DNA of 63,541 nucleotides, the filler included, from Chiloscyllium plagiosum (lineage: Eukaryota), in the NCBI RefSeq assembly GCF_004010195.1. It is 5 parts of one record of this genome, joined end to end, with 100 filler letters (N's around TTAATTAATTAA, not from the genome) between each part and the next. Parts side by side here need not be neighbours in the genome. Positions count along the whole stretch, not along the records: positions 1 to 19,311 come from NC_057711.1; 4 more parts are not named here. One strand, 5' to 3'. Positions within the stretch are counted from its first letter, which is position 1. Each line of letters opens with the position of its first letter. Of the stretch, positions 1 through 12,410 are shown in pieces. The notes below the pieces were generated by a model, which had not been told where the DNA came from, made no database searches, and saw nothing but the letters and a program-made list of their open reading frames with translations. Made by a program: the position numbers and the translations under genes.

Positions 1-1010
1 TCAGCCTGGAGCCCAGTTACATGTGGAGTTCCGCAGGGATCAGTTCTGGGTCCTCTGCTGTTTGTAATTTTTATTAATGACTTAGATGAGGGAGTCGAAG
101 GGTGGGTCAGTAAATTTGCAGATGATACGAAGATAGGTGGAGTTGTGGACAGTGAGGAGGGCTGTTGTCGGCTGCAGAGGGACTTGGATATGATGCAGAG
201 CTGGGCTGAGGAGTGGCAGATGGGGTTCAACCCTGCCAAGTGTGAGGTTGTCCATTTTGGAAGAACAAATAAGAATGCGGAATTCAGGGTTAATGGTAGG
301 GTTCTTAGTCAGGTGGAGGAACAGAGGGATCTTGGGGTCTATGTACATAGATCTTTGAAGGTTGCCACTCAGGTGGATAGAGTTTGTAAGAGGGCCTATG
401 GAGTATTATCGTTCATTAGCAGAGGGATTGAATTCAAGAGTCGTGACGTGATGTTGCAACTGTACAGGACTTTGGTTAGGCCGCATTTGGAGTACTGTGT
501 GCAGTTCTGGTTGCCTCACTTTAGGAAAGATGTGGAAGCTTTGGAGAGGGTGCAGAGAAGATTTACCAGGATGTTGCCTGGAATGGAGAGGAAGTCGTAC
601 GAGGATCGGTTGAGAGTTCTCGGCCTTTTCTCGTTGGAACGGCGAAGGATGAGGGGTGACTTGATAGAGGTTTATAAGATGATCAGAGGAATAGATAGAG
701 TAGACAGTCAGAAACTTTTTCCCCGGGTACAACAGAGTGTTACCAGGGGACATAAATTTAAGGTGAAGGGTGGAAGGTATAGGGGAGATGTCAGGGGTGG
801 GTTCTTTACCCAGAGAGTGGTGGGGGCATGGAATGCGCTGCCTGTGGAAGTGGTAGAGTCAGAATCTTTGGTGACCTTTAAGCGGCAATTGGATAGGTAC
901 ATGGATGTGTGCTTAAGCTAGGACAAATGTTCGGCACAACATCGTGGGCCGAAGGGCCTGTTCTGTGCTGTATTGTTCTATGTTCTATGTTCTATGTTCT
1001 ATGTTCTATG
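1..1010 (+). mobile_element. CR1 LINE 3' portion: ORF2 reverse transcriptase C-terminus, 3' UTR and (GTTCTAT)n tail
   Basis: Frame 1 open from base 1 to 921 with GVPQGSVLGP, FADD, LVRPHLEYC and RGDLIEVYK motifs; 7-bp tandem tail at about 975-1010. Confidence 0.97.
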
Positions 1011-2506
1011 ACTGACTGGCAACAAACATTCCAGTCATAAAGGTCTATGTGACAGTGGGATGTTGCATCCAATATCAATGTAGCATATTACACAAGCCAC
1101 AATATAGCTGGTACCAGAAAAATAAAAATCACATGTTGATGAACTGCAAAGTAGTCTCTTGAGTTGACAAAAAATATTGGAACAAAGGAGAAGAAATGTT
1201 CATTTTCATATAACTATGCCATTCCTGACTTGAAGTAATTTATTAATAGGTATCTAAATCTGGAAGTATTAAGAAATAAAACTTCTGCTTTTCCTCTCGG
1301 AACATCTTTCAGGACACACACTGTGGAGTTCCACAACCACAGCCTGTCTGTTCAAATCAATGAACAAAGACAATGAGTTGGTAGCAAATATTTCATGAGA
1401 ACTTTTAGAATGCAGAAGTCAAGGTGGAGAACTCTAGCCACTTTTTTTCTCCAATCACTTTGATGAACACAGAGTGCTAGTGCTTCTGTACATGTGAAGC
1501 TACAACACCTCTACAATACGAGCTATTAAAATAGATATATGTTGTTCTTTTATGACAACTTCCAATCACAAATACATATACAACCACAGAAAATTTGTAA
1601 GGGTGAAGAGACTGAACAGCAGCTCAAAACCTGTGAAACGATGATCACGAAGTTGCAACATAACATAGACAGTTGTCCCCTACAATGATTTCATTTGTGT
1701 CTTTCAGAAGATAATAGGACAATAGTTTTTTTTTTCTCCTCTGTTTTTTCATAACCAGAAGAACATAAATTTTTGAATGTTCTCGATTGTTTCTTTGAAA
1801 CAAATCAATTTCCTTTCCTGCCATTGATTACAGAGCCAAAAACAGGCAAAAATAGACATTCACACAGACAGCCAGCACATTTAAGCAGGGCAGAAAGAAA
1901 CATTCCCTTTTCCCTGGTCAATCTTTTATCAGGCAAATTCATCAGAGAATGGAAAATATTAAGGAATAAACTCTCTGTTTCATAAGCCACACTTAAAAAA
2001 ATCATCAGAGTGGCATCAGAGTTTATTTGTTAATTGGTGCTCTTCTGCTTCTCTAAGCTATTATTGCTGGATGTGACAGTGGAAAATCCAGCAATAAGTC
2101 TCTGAGAAAAATTGAGGATAAATGTCAGGCATAATAATACAAATTTAAGCATATGTTATCAAGTCACAAAATCAGGTTATCTATCTACTTGCCTATAGTT
2201 TCTGGATATATTTTAAAATGTTCCATCATTTATTATTAAATATGGTGTTAAAATTGCTGGTGAAATTTAAATAAAAGCTTAGTTGCTCTTATATAGCATA
2301 TTGTCACATCTCTTGGGAAATCAAGCCCCATTATTCCTGGAGTCATCATAAAAGTTAAAGATTTTATGAAAGTATACAAAAAGCTTTCTAATTCACCTGT
2401 CTGTTTGGACCCAAGTGAATAGAAAACAGGTTAAACAGGTTGGGATTGTTTTCACTGGAATTTAGAAGAATAAGAGGTGATCTCAGTGAAATATATATAG
2501 GATTCT

Positions 2507-3325
2507 GGATGTAGGTTTGCTTGCTAAGCTGGAAGGTTCATTTCCAGACGTTTTGTCACCCTACTAGGTAACATCTTCAATGGGACTCCAGAAGAAGCAC
2601 TGCTGATAATTCCTGCTTTCCATTTATATGTTTGGATTTCTTGGTTTGGTGATGTCATCACTTGTGGTGATGTCATTTCCTGTTCTTTTTCTCAGGGAGT
2701 GGTAGATGGGGTTTAACTCAATGTGTTTATTGATAAAGTTCTGGTTTGAATACCATGCTTCTAGAAATTCTTGTGCATGCCTCTGTTTGGCTTGTTCTAG
2801 GATGGATGTATTGTCCCAGTCGAAGTGGTGTCCTTCCTTATCTGTATGTAAGGATATTAGTGAGAGAAGATCATGTCGTTTTGTGGCTAGTTGATGTTCA
2901 TGTTTCCTGGTGGCTAGTTTACATACAGATAAGGAAGGGCACCACTTCAACTGGGACAACACATCCATCCTAGGACAAGCTAAACAGAAACATGCAGGAG
3001 AGTTCCGAGAAGCATGGCATTCCAATGGGAACTCTATCAACAAACACATCGAGTTAGACCCCATCTACCACCCCTTGAAAGAAAGAGCCAGAAATGACAC
3101 CACCACAGAAAATGACATCACCACAGGAGATGACATCACCAACCCAAAGAAACCCAAACATATAAACAGAAAGCAGAAATTATCAGCAGTGCTTTGCCCC
3201 GAGGCCCACTGAAGATGTTACCTAGTAGGGTGACGAAACATCTGGAAATGAACCTTACCACTCAGTGAGCAAACTTACATCCAGAACCTAAACCTGAACT
3301 ACAAATTTTCTCAAAACTTATGAAC
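2507..3325. mobile_element. Palindromic Penelope-like element: two inverted 3'-terminal copies with a 12-bp target-site duplication
   Basis: The minus arm (about 2507-2920) and plus arm (about 2919-3318) both encode the PLE GIY-YIG C-terminus (HTDKEGHHFDWDNTSIL...AW.SN..SINKHIEL.PIY); ATATAGGATTCT is repeated at 2495-2506 and 3326-3337. Confidence 0.9.
3206..3245 (+). ncRNA. Minimal type I hammerhead ribozyme motif (PLE-associated)
   Basis: CCA-CUGAAGA-U-GUUACC/UAGUAG/GGUGAC-GAAA-CAUC-UGG: intact core, 6-bp stem II, 3-bp stem I. Confidence 0.7.
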
Positions 3326-4599
3326 ATATAGGATTCTTATGGGATTTGCAAGGTAAATGCCAAAAGCATGTTTCCCAATAGGAGAGAGTTTAGGGCAGGA
3401 GAGCTTTGTCTCAGAAATAAGGGGTGCCAATTTAAGTTTGAAATGGGAAGAAATTTCTTCTTTCAGAGGATTAATAATCTGTGGAACTCTCGGCACAGAC
3501 ACCTGTGGGGGCAGAGTCCTTGTGTATGTTGAAGGCTGAGATAGATTCCTGATCAGTAAGAGAATCAAAGATTGTGACAAAAAATGCAGGGAAGTGGAGA
3601 TGAGGAATGTCAGATCAGCCATGGTCCATGAATGGTGAAACAGGCTTGAGGGGCCAAATGGCCTATTCCTTTTCATATTTCTTATGATTTTACATTTCTG
3701 TACTGAACAAGAGTGATTATCTATTACAAATAGATAGATTTTATCTATAGACAAGCAACTATGATACATAACTCTATCAGTTTAAATGACAGCTATGTAA
3801 TAAAACTTCCCTTACACGCATACAGAAGACAAAGAAACATTGCTGTTATGGTTAGAGGGCAGGAATTCAATGACTCCCTGTCCATAGAGTTCACTAAGAA
3901 AATCCATTTGCTTTCCAGGATTTGTATATTTTCAATTTCACTTCTCCAGGTATTTTTCACTTCCTTGAAAGGGGCACAGAACAACTGGTTCACAAATTAT
4001 AAAGTCTTTGACTTATTGGTTAAAACCAACAGCTTACAGTAACTTGTCAGAGAAGGTAACTTATTTTTTTCAGGCTTCAGATATTTTCTATTACATAAAG
4101 GTATACCACTTCTCCTCTGGAGGTTAGAAGGTCATATGAATCCTAGGGACAAGGTGTTCAGCTACTCTGGAGCCAATCATCTTTGTCATCCAGAATTAGT
4201 CATATATCCACAAACCAATCAGCTACATGTTGCCAGTCAAACTTCTTTGCACATACCCCCTGGTGCCAGCCCATCTGTAACCAGCTTCTCCCCACTATGT
4301 GAACACAGTACCAGTGTAAATATCACTTTACAATGTGTTTCCACCACTTGTTTTGAAAAGAAAATGCAAGAATCCCTGCCACAATCCTTGATTATTAAAA
4401 CAGTTCTTTTCCCATTTCAATCCAGAACTGGAAAAAGAGAAAAAAACAAAAAGATACAGTCTGTACAATATTAAAATCTTCTTAAAATATTTTGAACCAC
4501 AATGAGTTTTGGTCTCTCTTGTTTGCATGGAGAGTCATTGGAAAAGAGATGTGATAATAGCTCTGGTCTAATATCCCACAGAAACTATGTTAATTGTCA

Positions 4600-4850
4600 T
4601 AGGATGAGAGTTTAAATTGACTGTCCTGCAATACACTAGAGTTTAGACAAATGACAGCCGATTTCATTGAGATATTTAAAATTCTGAAATGTTTTGACAG
4701 ACTGGATGCAAAGATAATGTTTCCCCTTGTCAGAGATTGCAGAGTAAGAGACCACAGTCTCAGGATATGTAGTAGGTCAATGAGGAAAAATGTCTTCATT
4801 CAGAGGGTGAACCTGTGAAATTCTCTACTGCAAAAAGCTGCACAAGCAAA
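4600..4850 (+). mobile_element. Degraded CR1 3' fragment
   Basis: Similar to the CR1 ORF2 C-terminus (FTQRV.NLWNSL-like). Confidence 0.6.
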
Positions 4851-4859
4851 TGCAGCATT

Positions 4860-5380
4860 TTTTGAAATTCATTCACAGGTTGTGAGTGTTGCTGGCTAGG
4901 CTAGTATTTATTGTCATCCATGATCGCTTAGGGGCAGTTAAGAATCAACCATGTTGTTGTGGGCTTGGAGTCACCTGTAGATCTGACCAGATAAGGATGG
5001 CAGTTTCCTTCCCTAAAGGAATTGCAACAGTTAAAAGACAGCTGGATGGATATATGAATAGGAAGAGTTTAGAGAGATATGGGCCAAGTGCTGGCAAATG
5101 GGATTAAATTAGGTTAGGATATCTGGACAGCATGGATGGATTGGACCAAAGAGTCTGTTTCCGTGCTGTACATCTCTGTGACTCTCTGACATTAGTGAAC
5201 TATAGGGTTTTTTTCTTGACAATTGACAATGGATTTATAGTCATCATTAGACACGCAATTCCAGATTTTCATTGAATTTAAATTCCCCTATTTGCCCTGG
5301 CAGGATATGAACTAAGGCCCCCAGAACATTACCTGAGTATCTGAATAGTCCAGCGACAATATCACTAAACCATCACCTTC
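4860..5380 (-). mobile_element. tRNA-headed SINE (same family as 56508-56830) with a nested CR1 3' fragment (about 5018-5190, + strand)
   Basis: Reverse-complement similarity to 56508-56830; internal GATGGATATATGAATAGGAAG... CR1 tail. Confidence 0.7.
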
Positions 5381-5429
5381 CCTACATTTAAAAAGGAAAT
5401 AGAGACTGAAAGAGTCAGCAGTATGAGAA

Positions 5430-5666
5430 TAGAACCCGCAGAGGGTGGTATGTGTATGGAATTAGCTGCCAAAGGAAGTGGTGGAGGCTAGTACAACTGC
5501 AACATTTTAAAGGCATTTGGATGAGTATATGAATAGGAAGGGTTTGGAGGGATATGGGCTGGGTGCTGGCAGGTGGGACTAGATTGGGTTGGGATATCTG
5601 GTCGGCATGAACGGGTTGGACCGAAGGATCTGTTTCCATGCTGTACAGCTCTATTACTCTATGACT
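5430..5666 (+). mobile_element. CR1 3' end fragment
   Basis: Near-identical to the CR1 3' ends at 28980-29195 and 40950-41130. Confidence 0.85.
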
Positions 5667-6104
5667 CAATTGTAGTCAGATCATGTTGAATCATACAAAA
5701 GGCTCAATGGTTCAAAATGGCCAACTCCTGCTCTTAGTTTCTATGTGTCCATGTTACAAAAAGTGCGCGCTTAGTTGTAATCTGATAACTTAATTTCAAC
5801 TCCCAGACTTAGGTGTCTAAAAAATGTAATATTTGCATTTAATAGCTGTGGGTCTAGCTGTGATAATCTTTTGCATTCTTTAATACTACAATATGATGCC
5901 TAATTTCTTATATTACAAGTAATATAAGTATTTCCACATCTGGTAAAATACTCTGCTGATGGCTAAACCAGAAATAGTCAGTATTCTTTTAGTTACTTAT
6001 TATACCACCATGGTCATATTAACAACAGTATCCTGTTTGTTTCAATTTTAATCAATATTCCAAGAACACTTTTTATTTTGCTTATTAATTTAACATTTAA
6101 GAAC

Positions 6105-7380
6105 ATTTGGAAAGCATGAACTGGATCAGAGAAAGTCAGCACAAGTTTACGAAAGGTAAATCATGCGTTACAGATCTATTGGAGTGTTTTTTTGAGGACG
6201 TAACTAGTAAAACTGACAAGGGAGAAACAATAGATTTTCAGAAGGCTTTTGTTATGGTCCCATTTAAGAGGTTAATGGAAGAAATTAAAGCACATGGGAC
6301 AGAGTAATGTATTGGCATGGATTAGAACTGATTGGCAGACAAGAATGAAAGAGTAGAACTAAATGGGTTCTGCTTAGAATGAAAGATAGTGACAAGTTGG
6401 ATACCACAGGGATCAGTGCTTGGCCCCCAACTATTCACAATATACACAAATGATCTGGATGAAAGGGCAAACACAACATTTCTAAGTTTGTCAACAACAC
6501 AAAACAGGGCAGAATTGTGAGTTGTGTGGAGTATGCAAGGACATTTCAGGCTGATTGAGTGGGCAAACATGTGGCAGGTGCAGTACAATGTGGCAGAAAT
6601 TAAAGTTATACAGAAAAGATGAGTATTATTTAATTATGTTGGGAAGTGTGGATGTACAAGAGGCTGTCCTTGTACACCAGTCAATGAAAGTAGACAGGCA
6701 GATGCAGCAAGTTACTCGGAAGGTGAATAGTACACTAGCCTTCTCTGAAACAGGATTTGAGTTCCAAAGTAGGGATGTTTTACAGCAGTAATACAGAGCC
6801 GCGCTGAGACCACACTTGGAATACTACCTGCAGATGGAAATGCTTGTCGAGCGGAAATGCAGCAGATATTCACTAGCCTGATATCAAGGATGACAGGACT
6901 GCTCTCTGTGGAAAGATTGGTTCAACTGGACCTCCACTAGGATGAGAGGGGATGAATGTGAAGTTTTCCACATTGGTAGCAAAAACAGTAAGATAGAAAT
7001 ACTACCTGAATGGCGATGGATTGGGAAAGGCGAAGATGCAATAAGATCTGGGTGTCCTTGTACATCAGTTACTGAAAGTAAAGAAGCATATGTGGCAGAT
7101 GGTGAAGAAGATATTTTCCTTGGCTGGGGAGACTAGAACCAGGAGACACAATCTCAGGATATGGAGTAGTCCACTTACGACTGAGATGAGGAAAACCGTT
7201 AACACTCAAAGGGTAGTGAGGCTGTGGAGTTCTCTAACATAGAAGGCTGCGAAGGCCGAGTCACTGAACATACCCAAGAAAGATATCCATCATTTGTTTG
7301 ACTTTCCAAGGGGGAATCTAGAGGATCTTGGGGATCAGGCCTAAATGGCCTACTCCTGATCCTAGTTTCTAAGCTTCTAT
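6105..7380 (+). mobile_element. Degraded CR1 ORF2 (RT) fragments
   Basis: SQH.FTKGKSC.T.LLE, DFQKAF, [14 protein letters not shown] and LRPHLEY-like remnants with stops and frameshifts. Confidence 0.85.
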
Positions 7381-7447
7381 TAAACTGCCATCATCCTCCA
7401 AATGCTGACCAACTCCATCATCCTCCGAGCATGAATCCTTCAATATA

Positions 7448-7735
7448 CGGTAGACCCTGATTATCCACACGAGACGGGCAGGGAGTATTTTGTTCAGATA
7501 ATTGATCATTCGGTTAACCGGAAACAAGCGGTAATTTATGAGTGCCGGTTATCCAAACATTTCTCGATTATCCGACAATTCATGCCATAATGCCATTTAA
7601 TTGATAATTGAATGCTGAGTTGCCTAATTTTTACAGGACTTGAGATCTTGTTTGGATAATCCGAAATTCGGATAATTGAGGTTCGGATAATCTGAAATTT
7701 GGATAATTGCTGTTCAGATAATCCAGGTTCTGCTG
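7448..7735. mobile_element. Tc1/mariner (Tigger/pogo-type) MITE
   Basis: TA flanks at 7446-7447 and 7736-7737; TIR-like ends CGGTAGACCCTGATTATCC and GATAATCCAGGTTCTGCTG; subterminal ~14-bp TTCGGATAAT repeats. Confidence 0.75.
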
Positions 7736-10700
7736 TACTCTCATGTGTTGTTTTGAATGTAAATTAAAGGGATTTTGTTATCGCTGTGTAAATGAGCATT
7801 TTATTAAAAAAAGTTAATTTTAGCTTCTTCCAGCAACCAGAGGAGAGTTGCACTGCTACTTGACGAAACCAAATTTTGATTACAGAGAATGTACAAAATC
7901 TCCAAACAAAAATTGTATGGAAGGTGGACAAAACAGACAAGAACTGGCAGGGCTACATCATGCACACATGGTAAAACATTTCTCATAGAAGTGGCAGATC
8001 TAGCCAAATAAAACCCAATCAGTTCTGACAGATTTAACTTTGATATCAACTTGTTCCTGCACACCAACAATTCTGAAAGCATTTTCTTCAAATCAAGTAT
8101 AATTCTATTTTAAGAAGTGGTTATAATGTAAAATCCATAACTCACAAGTAGATTTGGATGTGCTTTTGAACAATCCCTTTTGAATAGTTATCATTGGCTG
8201 GGCAACTTGGTTGTGTGAATTTAAGAGGATTGACTGAATTTCCTGATTTTGGCTGCTGGATATGCACGCAGACCCGTAAACCAATATTTTGGACATAGGT
8301 TTTTGGCAGCAATGGCCATGTGAAAGTGCGCTGAGGGGCCTGGACTTCCTCTTATGTGCCCTCCAATTCTCAAAGACAAGGGAGTGCCATGACATGCCAA
8401 GAGGGTGGAGAAGATTGTCAGTGAGAGTCAGTGAGAAATCAATAGCTTTGTATGAAAGACAGCCCAAAAGCCCAAAGCATACCTCTTGGGTTTCTTTCAG
8501 GCATTTTGATATGTTCTTCCATCAGCTTCACATCTTTGTCAAGATTTCTTTCAGCTCATGTTCTATTATACTTAACCCTTAATAATTCCTTGTTCAATAG
8601 TATGAACAACTGATTGATTGACACAATCTTGCATGATCTATGAACCCAATAGTATCAGTCAAATGAAAAAGTATTAATTTCTGAAGAAAACATTTTATGC
8701 ATTGTGATTGAAGTGAAAACTCTATCTTTGCACTACAATGTCTTTGCACATTACTGACTTCCAGAGATGTGAGCCAGAACTATCCTGTATTTGAGTGTTT
8801 TCTTATTCATCCCAAATGAATTAAAATACAGAATTGGAGTTCCTTTATCAACACAACTTGTGCATCAAAAGATGGCTCACTCCAAAAAAAGACAATGGCT
8901 AGAAGTTCAGGAGAATCTGAGTGAGCAGGAGAAGTATTCAAGCATGTAATTGGTTTAACTGACAGATTCTGTATCACAAAAAAAGTCCCACAGGATGCAA
9001 CACAATTTCCAAGATTGCAAAGTGCCTTCACAATGCAACCATTGAATCATTTTGCCCAGCCCAGCAATCTTGATCAAAAAATCTTCAATGCCCCCCCAAG
9101 AGCCCCAGACACCAAATTACTTATTTATCTTGTATCTACTGCCAATTCACTTTTGATAGCATCTCCTTAGCACAGCCTGAAAAAAGAGAGTGATAGCAAT
9201 TATTACTCAGAACTCTAAGTATCCATGCTTGGTTGTAACCATAATGGATGAGCTTTTTTGTGGTGTACAAACATTTTTACACCCTCTGCCCTTAAAGAAA
9301 TAAATAGAAATGTTTATGATCAATCTCCAGTTTAGTTTGTTTCCAGATGGGCTACCCCGAATTGTTATGCTCCCAGGTGAGCAGGGATGTACAGGCAGCC
9401 CTTCATTATTCACCCATTCACTTGGTCTGTTGGAACAAAGTTTATATAGAAAAGGATCCCTTCCCTTGTGGTTACCTTGCTTACAACACAAAAATAACAT
9501 TTTTGAAAGAAGTTACTCGGGCTTTCTTGAGTTAGTGAAAGATTGAGTTTCTTAACTACTAAATATGAGAAGAAATAATCCAACACAAATATACACAGAT
9601 TTGAAATGAAAGGCAAGTCCAATAAGAATACAAGTTAAAAAGGAAATAGAGATCAGTCTCTGAGCTCTTTGAAGAGTAGACAATGGGACTTTGTAGCCAT
9701 TATGTTGGATGATGCTGGTATCACTAATGTCAATATGTGAACAGTTGATTTTGAGATGCTTGGCTTTTCAGGTCAGCTGAAAGGTCTCTAGAGATTTTGA
9801 CTGTGGTCTTGCTTGCTTTCTGGCTTCCAGGAAAGAGAAACTTTTTTTTTTAAATAACTGAAGCATCACAGGATGCACCTATATCCACTAACAGATACAG
9901 ATAAGCATTGAAATTGGTTTGTAATTGCTATGCTTGTGCACACTTAAAAGGAGAAAACACAACCGTGCCTCTTACCCAAACTGTTCTCATTTCTTCCATC
10001 ATGTTCACAATCCGAGACAACTTACTCGAGATTACAGTTAAGTTTGCAGGCCATTTCTCTCTTTAAAGGTCTTCTCTTTGAAGCTACCATGACACCTGTC
10101 AGAAGAGACATTCCAGGGTCTCTCTTGAGGCTGAAGATAATCTTAATAGGCTTTCCAGTCAGTGAAGTACACAACTCAAAACTTGTATTCACGGTGTTTC
10201 TTTTTAGCTATATGTTCTTTTTAAAAAAAAAAATCTGTTGCAATTAAAATTATGTATAAGCCATAACTAATCCTGGTCATTTTCTATGATCAAAACAAAA
10301 GGTCTGGAAATGTTTTATATTTCAGATGTGGTATGATGAAACTCATGTGCATTAAATGCAGAGGGACTGGGTTTATCAGAAATCCAACATGACGTTGCTT
10401 CAGGAAGGAGTTGGTGGTTTGAGTGGAAGTTTTAGGAAAAGAGCAGAACAAGGATTCAATTCTCACATTTAAAGGTTATTGTGTGGTTAAAAAGCTAAAG
10501 TGTTTTAAAAGAGTGACTAACATGCCTAATGCACCAGAGAAGAAAAGATGCCTTGTTATGTTGCTTTTCTGTGAAGTTGAGATATCTGAAGTACTTCTTG
10601 AAGACTGTGAACGTGCCCTCTGGCATAATGCCTTCTTTCTTCCTCTTCTTTCAGATTTTCCTCAATTCTCCAACTTGTCATTCAATCCCAAAGGTAAACC

Positions 10701-11530
10701 TACTGCACCTACTTATGAGTACAATAAAATGTTTTGAAGTCAGACAGAAACAATCCAGCACTGGCTATCCTTTCTGAATTCAGTTGCAGAGTACAGCAAC
10801 TAGGCAAAAGACAAATGTACAGAGCAGCAGTATGAAAGGAAAGGTAATAATGAATCCAAATGTATTGATAAGTTCTTTAATTAGCACTTCTGAAAATTTG
10901 TTGCTCATGATTTACTGAATGAATTTATTTACATGATAAGTTAGCTGCTGGAGCAGTCCACTGCTCAAAGGAAATATACAACAATCATATGGCTCTATTT
11001 CAAACATGATAATAGGTGCTGCTATACTTTTGCATAGTGCCCTGGACTCCTACAGAGGACTATTTAATATGGCAACCACTTTTTTGACTAAATCTCTACT
11101 TATTTTATGCATATAGTCATCAAACAGTGGAACTGCATTTTTAAGCAAAAGCTATATATACTATTGTCTAGTTATAGAACTCTGAAGTCAGCACATGCAT
11201 TTTTGGGCAGTTATAATTAATTTGGTTTCAACATGCAATATTATCTAATTATGATACAACTGCAGAATAGTTCGACTATCACTTTGTGTTGGTTCTGGTT
11301 GCTTGCAGTGCTTCTTTTAATGCACTCTGAGCATTTTGTCAAGAGTATTTTTAAAACCCATAAAATAAACAGCAAATGGATAATTAACTGTACAAAATGT
11401 CAACGTAAATATTGTTTACTTAATTAATTTTAATCTTATTATGCGAGACAAAAGTGCTCTCATGCCCCAGGACAAGAAAACAAGTGATATGCATTCTGCA
11501 AACATTGTATAAATAAACGATGGAAACAAG

Positions 11531-11860
11531 TCTTTTGGTGCAGTGGTAGTGTCCCTAACTCAGAACTAGGAGACCTGGGTTCAAGTTCCATCTGCTCCAG
11601 ATGTCATAACATTTCTAAACAGGTTGATTACAACATTTTTAAAAATAAATGAACCAAGACCATGAATCATTTGGTGATGGGCATGAAAGAAAATGTTCAG
11701 CACTTCTGGATATGAATAAAAATGGTACTAACTATGGGGTCCCTTGTGGTGAAGTGGTAGCGTCCCTGCTGCTATGCCATGAGTCCTGGGTTCAAGCCTC
11801 GCTTGCTTCAGAGGTGTACATTCACATCTCTGGACAGGCCGATTTGAAAATATCTGTAAT
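11531..11860 (+). mobile_element. Two short tRNA-derived SINE-like copies (about 11531-11640 and 11737-11860)
   Basis: Each has an A-box-like TGGTG.AGTGGTAG and a B-box-like GGTTCAAG, followed by a related short body. Confidence 0.6.
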
Positions 11861-12074
11861 TGAGCATTGCAAAAGAAAATCCAAAGACATGCAGTTACAT
11901 GGTTCCTTTCATTGCCACAGTGTACTTAGGCCCATAAGTCTGTGTTAACAATCCAGCGCAGTAGCAAGGGGAGTTTTACAATACTGGAGGTGCTGACATT
12001 CAGATAAGCCATTAAACAGAGGTGCCATCTGCCCCTCAGGTGGTATAAGTGATTCCATTATGCAATTTCAAGGA

Positions 12075-12410
12075 TGGGCGGCACGGTGGCACAGTGGTTA
12101 GCACTGCTGCCTCGCAGCGCCAGAGACCCGGGTTCAATTCCTGCCTCAGGCGATTGACTGTGTGGAGTTTGCACATTCTCCCCGTGTCTGCGTGGGTTTC
12201 CTCCGGGTGCTCCGGTTTCCTCCCACAGTCCAAAGATGTGCAGGTTAGGTGAATTGGCCATGTTAAATTGTCCGTAGTGTTAGGTAAGGGGTAAATGTAG
12301 GGGTATGGGTGGTTTGCGCTTCGGCGGGTCGGTGTGGACTTGTTGGGCCGAAGGGCCTGTTTCCACACTGTAAAGTAATCTAATCTAAAGTAATCTAATC
12401 TAATCTAAAA
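12075..12410 (+). mobile_element. Young full-length HE1-type (V-SINE) shark SINE with (TAATC)n tail
   Basis: GGGCGGCACGGTGGCACAGTGGTTAGC tRNA head, B box GGTTCAATTCC, V-domain TGCGTGGGTTTCCTCCGGGTGCTCCGGTTTCCTCCCACA, and 3' GGGCCGAAGGGCCTGTT shared with the CR1 at 946-962. Confidence 0.92.

Larger units (their letters stand above)
2425..3690 (+). mobile_element. Old CR1 3' fragment interrupted by a PLE insertion (2507-3325)
   Basis: CR1 3' ORF2-like sequence (LGLFSLEFRR.RGDL) at 2425-2500 resumes after 3337 and ends in a CR1 3' UTR-like tail. Confidence 0.75.

Noticed and set aside
7650..7725. Short regularly spaced repeats (TTCGGATAAT) that might suggest a CRISPR-like array
   Set aside because: About 14-bp period with no unique spacers, in a eukaryotic context; explained as MITE subterminal repeats.
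12075..12150. tRNA-like sequence with A and B boxes (also near 11535, 11745 and 56510)
   Set aside because: It continues into SINE body sequence and I could not fold a full cloverleaf; SINE heads, not tRNA genes.
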